Under the pieces are notes generated by a model. That model ran no database searches, was not told the origin of the DNA, and was given only the letters and a program-made list of their open reading frames with translations. Below, one piece after another: positions 9,393-18,789 of a stretch of DNA of 64,000 nucleotides. This stretch comes from Smithellaceae bacterium. Lineage in GTDB: Bacteria > Desulfobacterota > Syntrophia > Syntrophales > Smithellaceae. A program made the translations under genes and the position numbers. The stretch's first letter is position 1. Every line of letters begins with the position of its first letter. The stretch lies in the NCBI GenBank assembly GCA_963667845.2, contig CAXXVL010000002.1, forward strand, positions 1,728,001-1,792,000, written 5' to 3'.

Positions 9393-10319
9393 CTTGATAT
9401 TTGATGCGCTAAGTAAGATATGTGTCTCTCCGGTATCAGCAATCTTATTAAATGATAATTCCAGTGTTCTTCCATCTACGTTAAAATTAAAACTTGCTGT
9501 CGTGGCGATATCTTCATTACTTGAAGTATTTGAATATTGTTTCACTGCTGCTAAAGGTATTGCCTCTATTCTTAACGTTATTTCTCCTTGAAATAAGATT
9601 TCTCTGATTCTTACATTACCTTGCTTTGTTTCAACAACGTAATGACTATTATCTTGTGGATAAATGGCTCTTAAATTTATTTTTTTTGAACCACCTAGTG
9701 GAATTAATTCATCATACAAACCATCAATGTTAGCCGCTGCAATAATAAAGGCGGTACCCACTGAAATATGATCTCCTGTTTCAGTTGATAATAATAGTTT
9801 TGCTTTAGAATTATTTTCTTTTAATATTTCTCTCAGGGCATTCCGGGTGTCTTCACTTTCATTCTTATCTATCATAAGACGGGCATCTTCAAGAATACCG
9901 CCACGCTTACGAAGACGTATTTTGTCCAATGGAAGCCAATTACTTATTTTATCTACATCCGTTTCCGTAACTGTTCTAATCTCAATACCTGATTCTTTAG
10001 CATACTCATTAGCACCTTCTGAAAATCCCGTCGTAGAAACAGCAATTATCTTATCAAAGTTAAATCTATCTCTTCTACCAACAAGTTGTTCTATCCACGC
10101 TCCCGGCGCAGGACCTTGTGTCGGTCGATCTCTGCACTCAATTAACCACTTGAATTTTGTTGTACCAACTTTACCTTCGATCTCAATATCGAATTCTGCA
10201 ATTTGAACCCCATCGTCGTTATACACTTTTTCATTGGGTGAAATAGAGATATTGTGCGGAAGAAGAATTTGTTCAATTTGCTTAACAAAGCTCTCTAATA
10301 ATTTTCCTGTATTACACAT
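9387..10319 (-). CDS. Mrr-like PD-(D/E)xK restriction endonuclease domain protein (cassette)
   Basis: EFDI..WLIECRD..VSTTGFS..A motifs in the N-terminal 120 aa; AT-rich. Confidence 0.8.
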   Translation of the reverse strand: MCNTGKLLESFVKQIEQILLPHNISISPNEKVYNDDGVQIAEFDIEIEGKVGTTKFKWLIECRDRPTQGPAPGAWIEQLVGRRDRFNFDKIIAVSTTGFSEGANEYAKESGIEIRTVTETDVDKISNWLPLDKIRLRKRGGILEDARLMIDKNESEDTRNALREILKENNSKAKLLLSTETGDHISVGTAFIIAAANIDGLYDELIPLGGSKKINLRAIYPQDNSHYVVETKQGNVRIREILFQGEITLRIEAIPLAAVKQYSNTSSNEDIATTASFNFNVDGRTLELSFNKIADTGETHILLSASNIKA

Positions 10320-10338
10320 TATATATTCCTGGTCTGTG

Positions 10339-10403
10339 GCCTAACGAAAAGCTCAGCCGGAGCAGCCCAGAGGGCTGCGATCGGCTGTAGCGACGGGTTA
10401 TGT
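10339..10403 (-). other. attC site (best preserved)
   Basis: Minus strand ACATAAC-CCGTCGCTACAGCCG..GCAGCCC/GGGCTGC..CGGCTGAGCTTTTC-GTTAGGC; the gene's TAA stop is inside R''. Confidence 0.85.
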
Positions 10404-10919
10404 TTCGTTGTTTGGACCTCGTGCAAGATACTTAGCGACTTCAGCATTACGTACTTCTAAAATTCCCTTTCGTGTGTCGCGTACAAAGGCTTCAATAAAA
10501 TGGCTTTCATCCTTATGCCTTATGTTTTTCAAAACCTCTTCAATTGTAAAATCGGACATATATATAAGGCTGTGCGCGATAAAGAATAATGGTGCGACAA
10601 TGTTTTTCTGCGTTATGTCCGACATAATTTTGGAACTCTCTCGAAAATCTATCCTTCGTGCATGTTCCACTTTAATTGTAACAATATTTTCAATTTCTTT
10701 TGGGTCATAGAGTTTGCTTAAAGTACCTTGAACATTATTAATGTAAGAACTTTGGGCAGCAAAAGAATCAATTATTGATTTCTGAGCAGTAATCCCATTT
10801 TTTAGCGTTAACAGAAGGCGTGCAAACCATACAACGAGGATCCAGATTCCCGCAATTCCAACAAATCCGATAATTTGCATGTAATCAATATGGCTCATAA
10901 GATATCTTCCTTTTTGCAT
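10398..10919 (-). CDS. Hypothetical protein with N-terminal TM helix, first cassette
   Basis: 173 aa AT-rich ORF; alternative start at 10898 with AAGGAAG RBS. Confidence 0.7.
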   Translation of the reverse strand: MQKGRYLMSHIDYMQIIGFVGIAGIWILVVWFARLLLTLKNGITAQKSIIDSFAAQSSYINNVQGTLSKLYDPKEIENIVTIKVEHARRIDFRESSKIMSDITQKNIVAPLFFIAHSLIYMSDFTIEEVLKNIRHKDESHFIEAFVRDTRKGILEVRNAEVAKYLARGPNNET

Positions 10920-10940
10920 AATTCTCGGTAATTACTTTTA

Positions 10941-10947
10941 ACATAAC
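10941..10947 (-). other. Probable attI core/crossover site
   Basis: Minus strand GTTATGT is the exact reverse complement of the first cassette's R'' (ACATAAC) and lies between that cassette and the divergent intI remnant. Confidence 0.6.
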
Positions 10948-11147
10948 AATTAATATACTGATCCCGTAAAATCTGGTTCCCGGTGCAAAAGACTTTTCAA
11001 CCGCTTAACAGAAACTTGTTTAAAATCAACACAATATGAATTACGTATTCGGTAAAAGTTCCTTAATACCCAGCAAATACCGAGTACGTATTTTATGGCT
11101 TTTTTGTGAAACGTGGTCAAAATGTCTATGTAGATGGAGGTTCACGG

Positions 11148-11336
11148 ATGAATCAGATCTTGCCTCAGTTTCAGAAATATGTCGCCGAGCGCATGCTTGC
11201 ACCGGCGAGACAGATACCTTTCCTGACCGGTTGGGCAAGCAGATTCATTCGTTGCTCCAATGGACGAAATGATAGTCCATTCGATATGAAAATTCAATTA
11301 TTTCTTGATGATCTAAAAGAAGACCGATCCGTATAG
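11148..11336 (+). pseudogene. intI: 5' remnant of an integron integrase (N-terminal extension only)
   Basis: MNQILPQFQKYVAERMLAPARQIPFLTGWASRF..FLDDL resembles, from memory, the extra N-terminal domain of deltaproteobacterial IntI. GGAGG RBS; divergent from the cassette array; no catalytic domain. Confidence 0.6.
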
Positions 11337-11359
11337 GTTGATCGCGGAAGGGCCCCGAA

Positions 11360-12211
11360 CTACCCCAGTTCAAAACTGGTCACGCCGAATATTTTCGTAA
11401 GCGGCAGAGAAGGGGCTTCGCCCAAATACATGCGGGCGGTTTCAAAAACCATGGGCATGTTGTTGCGGCGAACGAGCGCGCAGGCGGCGGCATTGGGCTC
11501 GGGGATGTCCAGAAAATATTCTTCGCCGGGTATTGTGTCGATCAGAGCCCGGAATAAATGTTCGGCAATTTCTTCGTGGTCGGCAAAGAGCGGTCCGATC
11601 TTGTGGCCCTGCCGGCATTTCCGGATAACCCCGTAACCGGATAACTTCCCGCTCTGCACATAGCCGAAGGCCGTGCTGTCCGGCTGATTGATCCAGCAAT
11701 TAAGAAAGGCAGCGCGTTTGGCAGGGAACATACCGCGATCGTAAATGGCTACATCATTGAAAGGACTTTTGCGCAGGTCTACGATTTCGGGAACATTTTT
11801 CTGGCTTTGCAAACCGGCTCCGCGATAACGGATATTGCGATAGGCTGTGAGAAAACCCAATTGCCGATACGTTTCCTGCTGGGCAACGACCGCATCGTTT
11901 CCTACGGTGCGGCTGCCGATGTACGCCGTAGCGGTCCTTGCAAGCTGATGGCCGATGCCATGGCTGCGCAGCCCGGGTTCCACAATATAAAATCCGGCAA
12001 AGCCAAAGTGCTCATCGTAGGCCACTGCCGACAGGCATCCAACGGGCTTGCCGTTTAGCTCGGCGATGAAAAATCCATCAGGGTCTGCCGTATAAAAACA
12101 CTCCGCATCGTGCAGGCCAGGATTCCAGCCTTCCCGGGCGGCCCAGTCAATGGCCAGACGAACGTCTTCCCGATTCATCCTACGAACAATTACATCCCTG
12201 ATCTCATCCAT
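11360..12211 (-). CDS. GNAT N-acetyltransferase (YitH-like, two domains)
   Basis: EGWNPG, GFYIV..RSHGIG, KIGPLFAD and FGVTSFELG motifs. Confidence 0.9.
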   Translation of the reverse strand: MDEIRDVIVRRMNREDVRLAIDWAAREGWNPGLHDAECFYTADPDGFFIAELNGKPVGCLSAVAYDEHFGFAGFYIVEPGLRSHGIGHQLARTATAYIGSRTVGNDAVVAQQETYRQLGFLTAYRNIRYRGAGLQSQKNVPEIVDLRKSPFNDVAIYDRGMFPAKRAAFLNCWINQPDSTAFGYVQSGKLSGYGVIRKCRQGHKIGPLFADHEEIAEHLFRALIDTIPGEEYFLDIPEPNAAACALVRRNNMPMVFETARMYLGEAPSLPLTKIFGVTSFELG

Positions 12212-12354
12212 TGGTGTTTCCTACACTCGTGACGCTTTCCTGGCCAAAATATTCTGCCGTTTCCAAAGGCACTGATCACATGAAGGACGCGCGGGCAGCA
12301 ATCAGGATGAAGCAGCGGCAGCCCGAAGAAGGTAAGTTTCATCCGGGAACCGGG

Positions 12355-14277
12355 TCAGATTTTCAGTCCTGCCATGTATCCTTCATGAATGGCATCGAGC
12401 GCTTTGCGGATTTTCACAGCGTCCCCGATAACGACGATCTCCGGAACTTTTCCCGTAAGTGTTTCGGCAAGTTCGTTCACAGGTTCGACGCCCGTGGCCA
12501 GGACAATCGTATCGAAGAGGCCGATGTTTTCTTCGCGGCCATCCTTCTCGATGATCAGGCCTTCGGGGCGCACTTCTTTGACTTTGGAGCTAACGCAAAT
12601 ACGGACATTTTTTGCCGCCAGGTCTTTGAGCAAAAACTCTCTGGCCGAAAGCGTTACGTCCCCGGCGATCCGGGGCAGCATTTCCACAATCGTCACCTGC
12701 TTTCCGTGATACGCCAGATGGTGCGCGGTTTCCGTGCCGATCATCCCGCCGCCGATGACGGCAATGCGGCCTTTGGCATCGGCTTTTCCGGTGAGGACAT
12801 CCTGAGCAGTCACGATATTGACCTTGGGCGGACAGGCGAGGGCCATGGCGAGCGGCTTGCTGCCCGTCGCGATGATCACGACATCGGGCTTCTGCTCCGT
12901 GACGATGTTCGCGGTAAGCTCTGCCGCCAGATGGATGGAAACGTGATAATCGGCCAGCTGCTTTTGCAGCCAGATGATGAATCCGGCGATCTCGCCCTTG
13001 TGCGGCGGGATGGCGGCGGTATGAAACTCGCCGCCCAGCTTTGCGGACTTTTCAAAAAGGTGGACCTCATGTCCCCGCCTGGCGGCGACCATGGCGGCTT
13101 CCATTCCGGCGGGTCCACCTCCCGCGATAAAGACTTTTTTGCGCACGTCCGCCGGTTTGATCGCAAGTTCGGCTTCTCTGCCCAGCGTGGGATTGACCAT
13201 GCAGGTCGCGGGCTGGTAAACGGATATCCGGCCGATGCAGCCCTGCAGGCACCCGATGCAGGCATTGATGTCGTCGATCTGACGCCGCGCGGCTTTATTG
13301 GGCAGCTCCGGATCGGCAAGCGACGCCCGGCCCATCGCTACCAGATCGGCCTTGCCGGAGGCAATTACTTCTTCGGCCAGAAAGGGATCGTTGATTCGTC
13401 CGACGGTGATGACCGGAATGCGGACAACGCTCTTGACCTCGCGGGCATAATCGGTGATCCAGCCGTGGCCGACCGCGGCGGGCGGCGCAATGGCGTAAAA
13501 GCTGCCGTACGTGCCGGCGGAGATGTGAAGTGCATCAATTGAAGCCTCTTCCAACATGCGGCTGATCGCTTTTGTGTCTTCAATATTTCTGCCGCCGGGG
13601 ACAAGCTCGTCCCCGGATATCCGGAAGATGACGGGAAAGTCTTTGCCTACCCGGGCGCGGACGCTGTCGAGAATCTCCAGCGGGAAACGCATCCGGTTCG
13701 CCAGGTTTCCGCCGTAGGCGTCGGTCCGCTTGTTGGAAGCGAGTGACATGAACTGGGCAATCAGGTAGCCGTGACCGCCGTGGATTTCCATGCCGTCAAA
13801 TCCCGCTTCTTTGACCCTGCGGGCGCAGTCGCCGAATTGCCCGACAATCCCGGCGATCTCAGGCCCCGTGAGCTCATGGGGCATCTCCTGAAGCAGCGGG
13901 CAGGGAAGAGGCGAGGGCGCGACCGGCTGGCTGCCGATGCAAAACTGCGAGGTCTGGCGTCCGGCATGATAGATCTGCGCAAAAATCAGGCCGCCGCTTT
14001 CATGAATTCTCCGGGTGAACCTGGCGTGGCCCTCAATCTGATCGTCTGCCCACAGCCCCGGAATGTTGGGGAACCCACGGCCTGTGGGGGATACCGCATA
14101 GTCTTCGGTAATAATCAGGCCCCAGCCGCCCCGCGCTTTCGCTTCATGATAAGCCGTATAGCGCTCCGTTGCGGTGCCGTCGGCGTTGCAGAAGTTCATG
14201 ACCATGGCCGGCACAACCAGACGGTTGGGGATTTCCAGCTGACCGATGCGGATGGGTGAAAAAATGTTTCCGAACAT
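12355..14277 (-). CDS. NADH:flavin oxidoreductase (OYE barrel plus FAD/4Fe-4S domain; 2,4-dienoyl-CoA reductase/BaiCD-like)
   Basis: HGGHGYL..QF, NKRTDAYGG, CIGCLQGC and GGGPAG motifs; start at 14277 after AGGAG. Confidence 0.92.
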   Translation of the reverse strand: MFGNIFSPIRIGQLEIPNRLVVPAMVMNFCNADGTATERYTAYHEAKARGGWGLIITEDYAVSPTGRGFPNIPGLWADDQIEGHARFTRRIHESGGLIFAQIYHAGRQTSQFCIGSQPVAPSPLPCPLLQEMPHELTGPEIAGIVGQFGDCARRVKEAGFDGMEIHGGHGYLIAQFMSLASNKRTDAYGGNLANRMRFPLEILDSVRARVGKDFPVIFRISGDELVPGGRNIEDTKAISRMLEEASIDALHISAGTYGSFYAIAPPAAVGHGWITDYAREVKSVVRIPVITVGRINDPFLAEEVIASGKADLVAMGRASLADPELPNKAARRQIDDINACIGCLQGCIGRISVYQPATCMVNPTLGREAELAIKPADVRKKVFIAGGGPAGMEAAMVAARRGHEVHLFEKSAKLGGEFHTAAIPPHKGEIAGFIIWLQKQLADYHVSIHLAAELTANIVTEQKPDVVIIATGSKPLAMALACPPKVNIVTAQDVLTGKADAKGRIAVIGGGMIGTETAHHLAYHGKQVTIVEMLPRIAGDVTLSAREFLLKDLAAKNVRICVSSKVKEVRPEGLIIEKDGREENIGLFDTIVLATGVEPVNELAETLTGKVPEIVVIGDAVKIRKALDAIHEGYMAGLKI

Positions 14278-14327
14278 CAAATCTCCTTTTCCCGGGCGCG
14301 AAACTGAGGCGCCCGCAGGCAGGCGAA

Positions 14328-15485
14328 CTAGACGCACAATTTCAATATCTTCTCGACCATTTCCGGGATGACATCGGTTTTTTCGCCCAGTTTCATCATA
14401 TCATGCGCTCTGAGCTGCTCGATGACCTGAGGAATAATCTCCTGAGTAAGACCGTAATCACACAGGCGTGTTGAAATCTGCATGCGTTCAAAAAAGTTTT
14501 TGGTTTCCTCGATTGCTGCGTCAATGCGCGCGTCGGGATCGCCCTTGCTTATTCCCCAGACGCGTTCGGCATATTGAAGGAGCTTTTCCCTTTTTTCGTT
14601 TTTGCGGATCGTGAGCATGGCCGGCAAGACAATCGCCAGCGTAACGGCATGGTCCAGGCCCGCGAGCGCGGTCAGTTCATGGCCGACCATGTGCGTGGCC
14701 CAGTCCTGGGGGACGCCGGCGCTGATGAGACCGTTCAGACCCAGCGTGGCGCACCACATCAGATTGGCGCGAACGTCATAATTCGTCGGATCGGCCAGGG
14801 CCTTCGGACCTTCTTCAATCAGAGTCAGCAGCAATCCTTCCGCAAAGCGGTCCTGAACCTTTCCGGCCACCGGATAGGTGAGATACTGTTCGGTAATGTG
14901 GACGAACGTGTCGATGACGCCGTTGGCAATCTGGTTTGCCGGCAGCGTGTATGTTTTGGTCGGGTCCAGCACGGAAAACTTCGGATATACCAGGCGGTGG
15001 GCAAAGGGCAATTTGGTCTTCGTTGCGCGCTTGGTGATGACCGCGCCGCTGTTCATTTCGGAACCGGTTGCCGGAAGGGTCAGAACCGTTCCGAAAGGCA
15101 GGGCCTTCTTCACGCCCCGGCCATAGGACTTCACGATGTTCCAGGGGTCGCCCTCATAGTAAACGGCGGCTGCAATAAATTTTGTTCCATCAATGACGGA
15201 GCCGCCGCCGACCGCCAGCAAAAAGTCGTTCTTCTTGCTGCGCACTTTTTCCACGCACTGCATCAGCGTTTCATACGTCGGGTTCGGTTCAATTCCGGGA
15301 AATTCATCGATCGGGTGTTTCGAAAGCGCCGCCTTGACTTCGTCCAATACGCCGTTGCGCTTGACGGAGCCGCCGCCGTAAGTGATCATGATTTTTGCAT
15401 CCTCGGGTATCTCTTTGGCGATCTCCTTGATCGTGTCCTTGCCGAAGATGATCTTCGTCGGATTGTAAAGAGTGAAATTAAGCAT
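14328..15485 (-). CDS. yqhD: Iron-containing NADPH-dependent alcohol dehydrogenase, YqhD/Bdh type
   Basis: GGGSVIDGTK, TLPATGSE and DWATHMVGHELTA..DHA motifs. Confidence 0.9.
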   Translation of the reverse strand: MLNFTLYNPTKIIFGKDTIKEIAKEIPEDAKIMITYGGGSVKRNGVLDEVKAALSKHPIDEFPGIEPNPTYETLMQCVEKVRSKKNDFLLAVGGGSVIDGTKFIAAAVYYEGDPWNIVKSYGRGVKKALPFGTVLTLPATGSEMNSGAVITKRATKTKLPFAHRLVYPKFSVLDPTKTYTLPANQIANGVIDTFVHITEQYLTYPVAGKVQDRFAEGLLLTLIEEGPKALADPTNYDVRANLMWCATLGLNGLISAGVPQDWATHMVGHELTALAGLDHAVTLAIVLPAMLTIRKNEKREKLLQYAERVWGISKGDPDARIDAAIEETKNFFERMQISTRLCDYGLTQEIIPQVIEQLRAHDMMKLGEKTDVIPEMVEKILKLCV

Positions 15486-15604
15486 AGATCCTCCTTTTAG
15501 AGTTTATTGTTTTTTGACAGGCCGGGCGGTAAGGATGAAATCCTCGCTTCCTCAGCGCATTTTATTCCAAATAAAACAGGTTACCGATTCCGACACGAAT
15601 GGAT

Positions 15605-16531
15605 CTACAGTCCGAAAACCGCCCGGGCGTTTTCGCCCAGCATCATGTCCACTTCATCCTTTGTGAAATGAATGCCTGCCGGCGCCTTTTGGGGCAGGTC
15701 GCGAATGTACTGAAGGAGGGTTCCGATCGGGTAGAGCAGTGTCTGGATGGGAGAATCGGAACCGAACAGAATCTTGGAAGGGCCGGCCAGATCAATGATC
15801 TCGCGCAACTGGCGGCTAAACAGGCTGTAATTGCGGCACGCCAGAATGTCCCAGGCCGCGAGGTCTCCGTACATCGGAGATTGAAAAGCCGCCAGAGACG
15901 CCCAGGGGCGCCAGTTGATGTACCCGCCCATGTGGGCGGCAATCACCTTGATTTCCGGATAGTCAAGGGCGATGTCGGAGAGCATCAGCGGATCGGCAAA
16001 TTTGCAGCGCCCGCGGGGCATCAGCGGCCCGCTGTGCGTGAGCAGGACGCCTTTATGCGAGGCGATGACCTCCAGGACTTTGCGGGATTCCGGGCCGGCC
16101 GGATCAAATCCGTGGTCCGGATGATATTTGATTCCTCTCAGACCGTATTCCGAGAAACAGGCCCGCGCCATGTCCGCCGCTTCCGGCCGTCTCGGATCGA
16201 TGCCGGCGAGGCCGATGATGCGGCCGGGGTGCCTGAGAACCGCCTCCCCCAGCATCCTGTTCTGCATCTGCATTCTCTCGACGGTGAACTGTTTGATGTG
16301 GATGTTGTCTACGTTCACCGCGACGGTGACATCGATGCCCGCCTCATCCATCTTCTCCATGAGCCGGTCCGCGAGCGGGTCTCCCCACGTTTCCGAGGCT
16401 GTTTTCAGGAGGGCTTCCGGGTTCGGATTCATCCCCATTTTCCGCCCTTCGTGGACGATCAATTGAACCATCTCCGAGGCTCCCTTTTCGCTCATGGCCG
16501 TCATATAATGATAATGTGAGTCGATGATCAT
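15605..16531 (-). CDS. Amidohydrolase family 2 protein
   Basis: IIDSHYH, GIKYHP, AAHMG and ILFGSD motifs. Confidence 0.88.
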   Translation of the reverse strand: MIIDSHYHYMTAMSEKGASEMVQLIVHEGRKMGMNPNPEALLKTASETWGDPLADRLMEKMDEAGIDVTVAVNVDNIHIKQFTVERMQMQNRMLGEAVLRHPGRIIGLAGIDPRRPEAADMARACFSEYGLRGIKYHPDHGFDPAGPESRKVLEVIASHKGVLLTHSGPLMPRGRCKFADPLMLSDIALDYPEIKVIAAHMGGYINWRPWASLAAFQSPMYGDLAAWDILACRNYSLFSRQLREIIDLAGPSKILFGSDSPIQTLLYPIGTLLQYIRDLPQKAPAGIHFTKDEVDMMLGENARAVFGL

Positions 16532-16652
16532 GTCTGCCTCCTGCTATTTGTCTGACTGTTTCGTCTTCAATATAAGTTATTTTCGATTTTGTCCATGGGT
16601 CTTGCGGCTTTTTTGCGGCCCCGTCGTTTCCCGTGATGCGCTGCCGGCCCCG

Positions 16653-16700
16653 CCTATAGTCTATAGCCTACAGCCTAATAGCCTGCAATTTAATAGCCTG
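16653..16700. repeat. Degenerate 7-8 bp tandem repeat (CTAYAGC/CTAATAGC)
   Basis: CTATAGT CTATAGC CTACAGC CTAATAGC directly after the alr stop. Confidence 0.6.
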
Positions 16701-16705
16701 CGAGG

Positions 16706-18658
16706 CTATACATCCCAGATAAAGATTGCGCCGCTCGTCGGAAAAACCCATTCCTCGTTGGAAATTTTAATATCGATGGACTTGCCCTTGACGGCCCGGA
16801 TGTCCGCCTGAGGATGACGGCCGGCAAAAAAGCTTTCCGCCCGGACATTTTTCAGATTGGCGGTTTCGTAGTTGAAGTTGATCTCGAGTCCGCGCGTCGG
16901 ATAGAGAAGATAAACAGGGAAAGTCCGGTTGCCCTTGGCTTTCTTGGTCAGAATTTCGATTTCTATTTTCACTTCCTGATTGATCTTTGATTTGAGCGTG
17001 TCGCTTCCGAACCAGACTTCGTAGCCCCTGTCCGTTATTTTTGCTTCGATGATCGGAATGTCCTCGCCGTCGATGCGCATTTTCTCGACCGTGAAGTCGC
17101 GTTGTATCACCAGGTCTTCGCCGCCGCCCAGAATCCAGCGGTATTCGCAGTGCTCGTCTTCAATCAGGGCTTCCAGTTGTTTGCTGTCGGAAGCGCAGCC
17201 GATCATGAAGAGATCGCTGCGGATGGTTTTCCTGTATTCGACGTGCGTCCGCAGCTGAAAGTAAGCCTCCGCGCGCCGCCGGTGGTCCGCGTCCGGTAAT
17301 TGTGCGATGGTAATGTCGTAGCGGAAAGACGAGCGCAGTTCGAGCTGCCGGTCTTCTTTGCCGAACAGCGTCTCAAACATTTCGTAATAAATCGCATCGC
17401 CCAGTTCTTCGTCGCGGGTGCGGGTCTGCAGGCAGTGGCGGATGATGTTGTCGATGCGGGCGATGGATTTTTCTTCGCCGGGCACAAAGATTCTCCGGAG
17501 CCTCGGTTCCACGGCGTCCGTCTTTCCCTTCTGCAGGAAGACGCGCGGGGCTCGCTTCCCCAGGGCGCACAATACTTCATAACTGATCGTCTCGGCCTTG
17601 GCGGCAATTTCATTGGCGCTGATGTATTCTCCGCCCTGGCGCCCCAGCAGAACCACTTCGTCTCCGACTTCACAGTCGGGAACGTGCGTGACGTCCAGCG
17701 TGCACATGTCCATGGACACGCGGCCGATCACCGGTACGCGCCGGCCGCGGATCAGCGCCTCGCCCCGGTTCGACAGGATAAAGGGGTACCCGTCGCCGTA
17801 GCCCACCGGAATGGTGGCCACACGGGTTTTGTCTTTCGTGATATACGTCCGGTTGTAGCCGATGCCGTAGCCCGCCGGGAATTCCTTGATGAGCACCACG
17901 GTCGTCTTAAACGACATCACGGGGGCCAGCGCGGCTTTGCTTTGGGTCTCTTCCGAAGGATAAATGCCGTACGTCATGATGCCCGGACGCGCCATTTCCA
18001 GTTTGAGCGCCGGGTAATTGAGGATGGCGCCGCTGTTGTCCATATGCCTGACGGGAATGTTGATGCCCGCGCGCTGTAATTCGGCAAGCAGTCCGGAAAA
18101 CAACCGCCACTGCTCATCGTTGTAAGGCGTCATCACTTCACTCGATGCAAAGTGGCTGAAGAGGCCTTCCAGCGTGACATGGGGGAGGGTCCGGATATAG
18201 CGGATCAGTGCCAACGCTTCGCTGTGCATCGTGCCGCCGCGGCCCATGCCGGTATCGATCTCCACGTGAACGGGCAGCGTCCGGGAGGCTTTGGCCAGTT
18301 GCTCTTCGAGGGCGCGGACGAATCCCGCATCGGAGACGGACGGCGTCAGGTGATATTTGATCATATCGGGGATTTCCGACAGCGTGGAAGGCCCCAGAAT
18401 GACGATGGGCGCTTCAATGCCGCTTACCCGCAGTTGAATGCCCTCATCCGCATTGGCCACGCCCAGCATCCGCGCGCCTTCCCGCAAAGCGGCGTAGGAG
18501 ATTTCAATGGCGCCGTGACCGTAGGCATCGGCTTTGACGGTTTGCATGAAATCAGCGCCGTTTCCCAGCAGTCGCTTGATTTCCCGGAGATTGGCGGTAA
18601 AGTTGTCGAGGTCGACTTCCACCCAGCTGCGGTATTTCTGTTCGCTTTTCAGGGGCAT
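16706..18658 (-). CDS. alr: Alanine racemase with a C-terminal extension of about 265 aa
   Basis: VKADAYGHG, DTGMGR, GYGDG, GRVSMD and TISYEV motifs, then an extra domain in the same frame. Confidence 0.92.
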   Translation of the reverse strand: MPLKSEQKYRSWVEVDLDNFTANLREIKRLLGNGADFMQTVKADAYGHGAIEISYAALREGARMLGVANADEGIQLRVSGIEAPIVILGPSTLSEIPDMIKYHLTPSVSDAGFVRALEEQLAKASRTLPVHVEIDTGMGRGGTMHSEALALIRYIRTLPHVTLEGLFSHFASSEVMTPYNDEQWRLFSGLLAELQRAGINIPVRHMDNSGAILNYPALKLEMARPGIMTYGIYPSEETQSKAALAPVMSFKTTVVLIKEFPAGYGIGYNRTYITKDKTRVATIPVGYGDGYPFILSNRGEALIRGRRVPVIGRVSMDMCTLDVTHVPDCEVGDEVVLLGRQGGEYISANEIAAKAETISYEVLCALGKRAPRVFLQKGKTDAVEPRLRRIFVPGEEKSIARIDNIIRHCLQTRTRDEELGDAIYYEMFETLFGKEDRQLELRSSFRYDITIAQLPDADHRRRAEAYFQLRTHVEYRKTIRSDLFMIGCASDSKQLEALIEDEHCEYRWILGGGEDLVIQRDFTVEKMRIDGEDIPIIEAKITDRGYEVWFGSDTLKSKINQEVKIEIEILTKKAKGNRTFPVYLLYPTRGLEINFNYETANLKNVRAESFFAGRHPQADIRAVKGKSIDIKISNEEWVFPTSGAIFIWDV

Positions 18659-18721
18659 GGTTCGTTTTTCAATCCTTCTTACATGCAAAAGTGGGGAACG
18701 GCGTGTGACCTCGCGTGCCCT

Positions 18722-18748
18722 TCAGGGTATCAGGGTATCAGGGTATCT
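18722..18748. repeat. 8-bp tandem repeat (TCAGGGTA)x3
   Basis: Seen directly in the intergenic region between the cyclase and alr. Confidence 0.7.
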
Positions 18749-18789
18749 TGCCACCCGTCCGGGTGGTCGCGATCGTCCCCTGCAAATCA

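Noticed and set aside
12211..13542. 443-aa plus-strand ORF and similar long antisense ORFs (e.g. 18715-20088, 31744-32862, 39303-40355, 53884-54846)
   Set aside because: They are shadows of well-supported genes on the opposite strand in GC-rich DNA and have no recognisable motifs.
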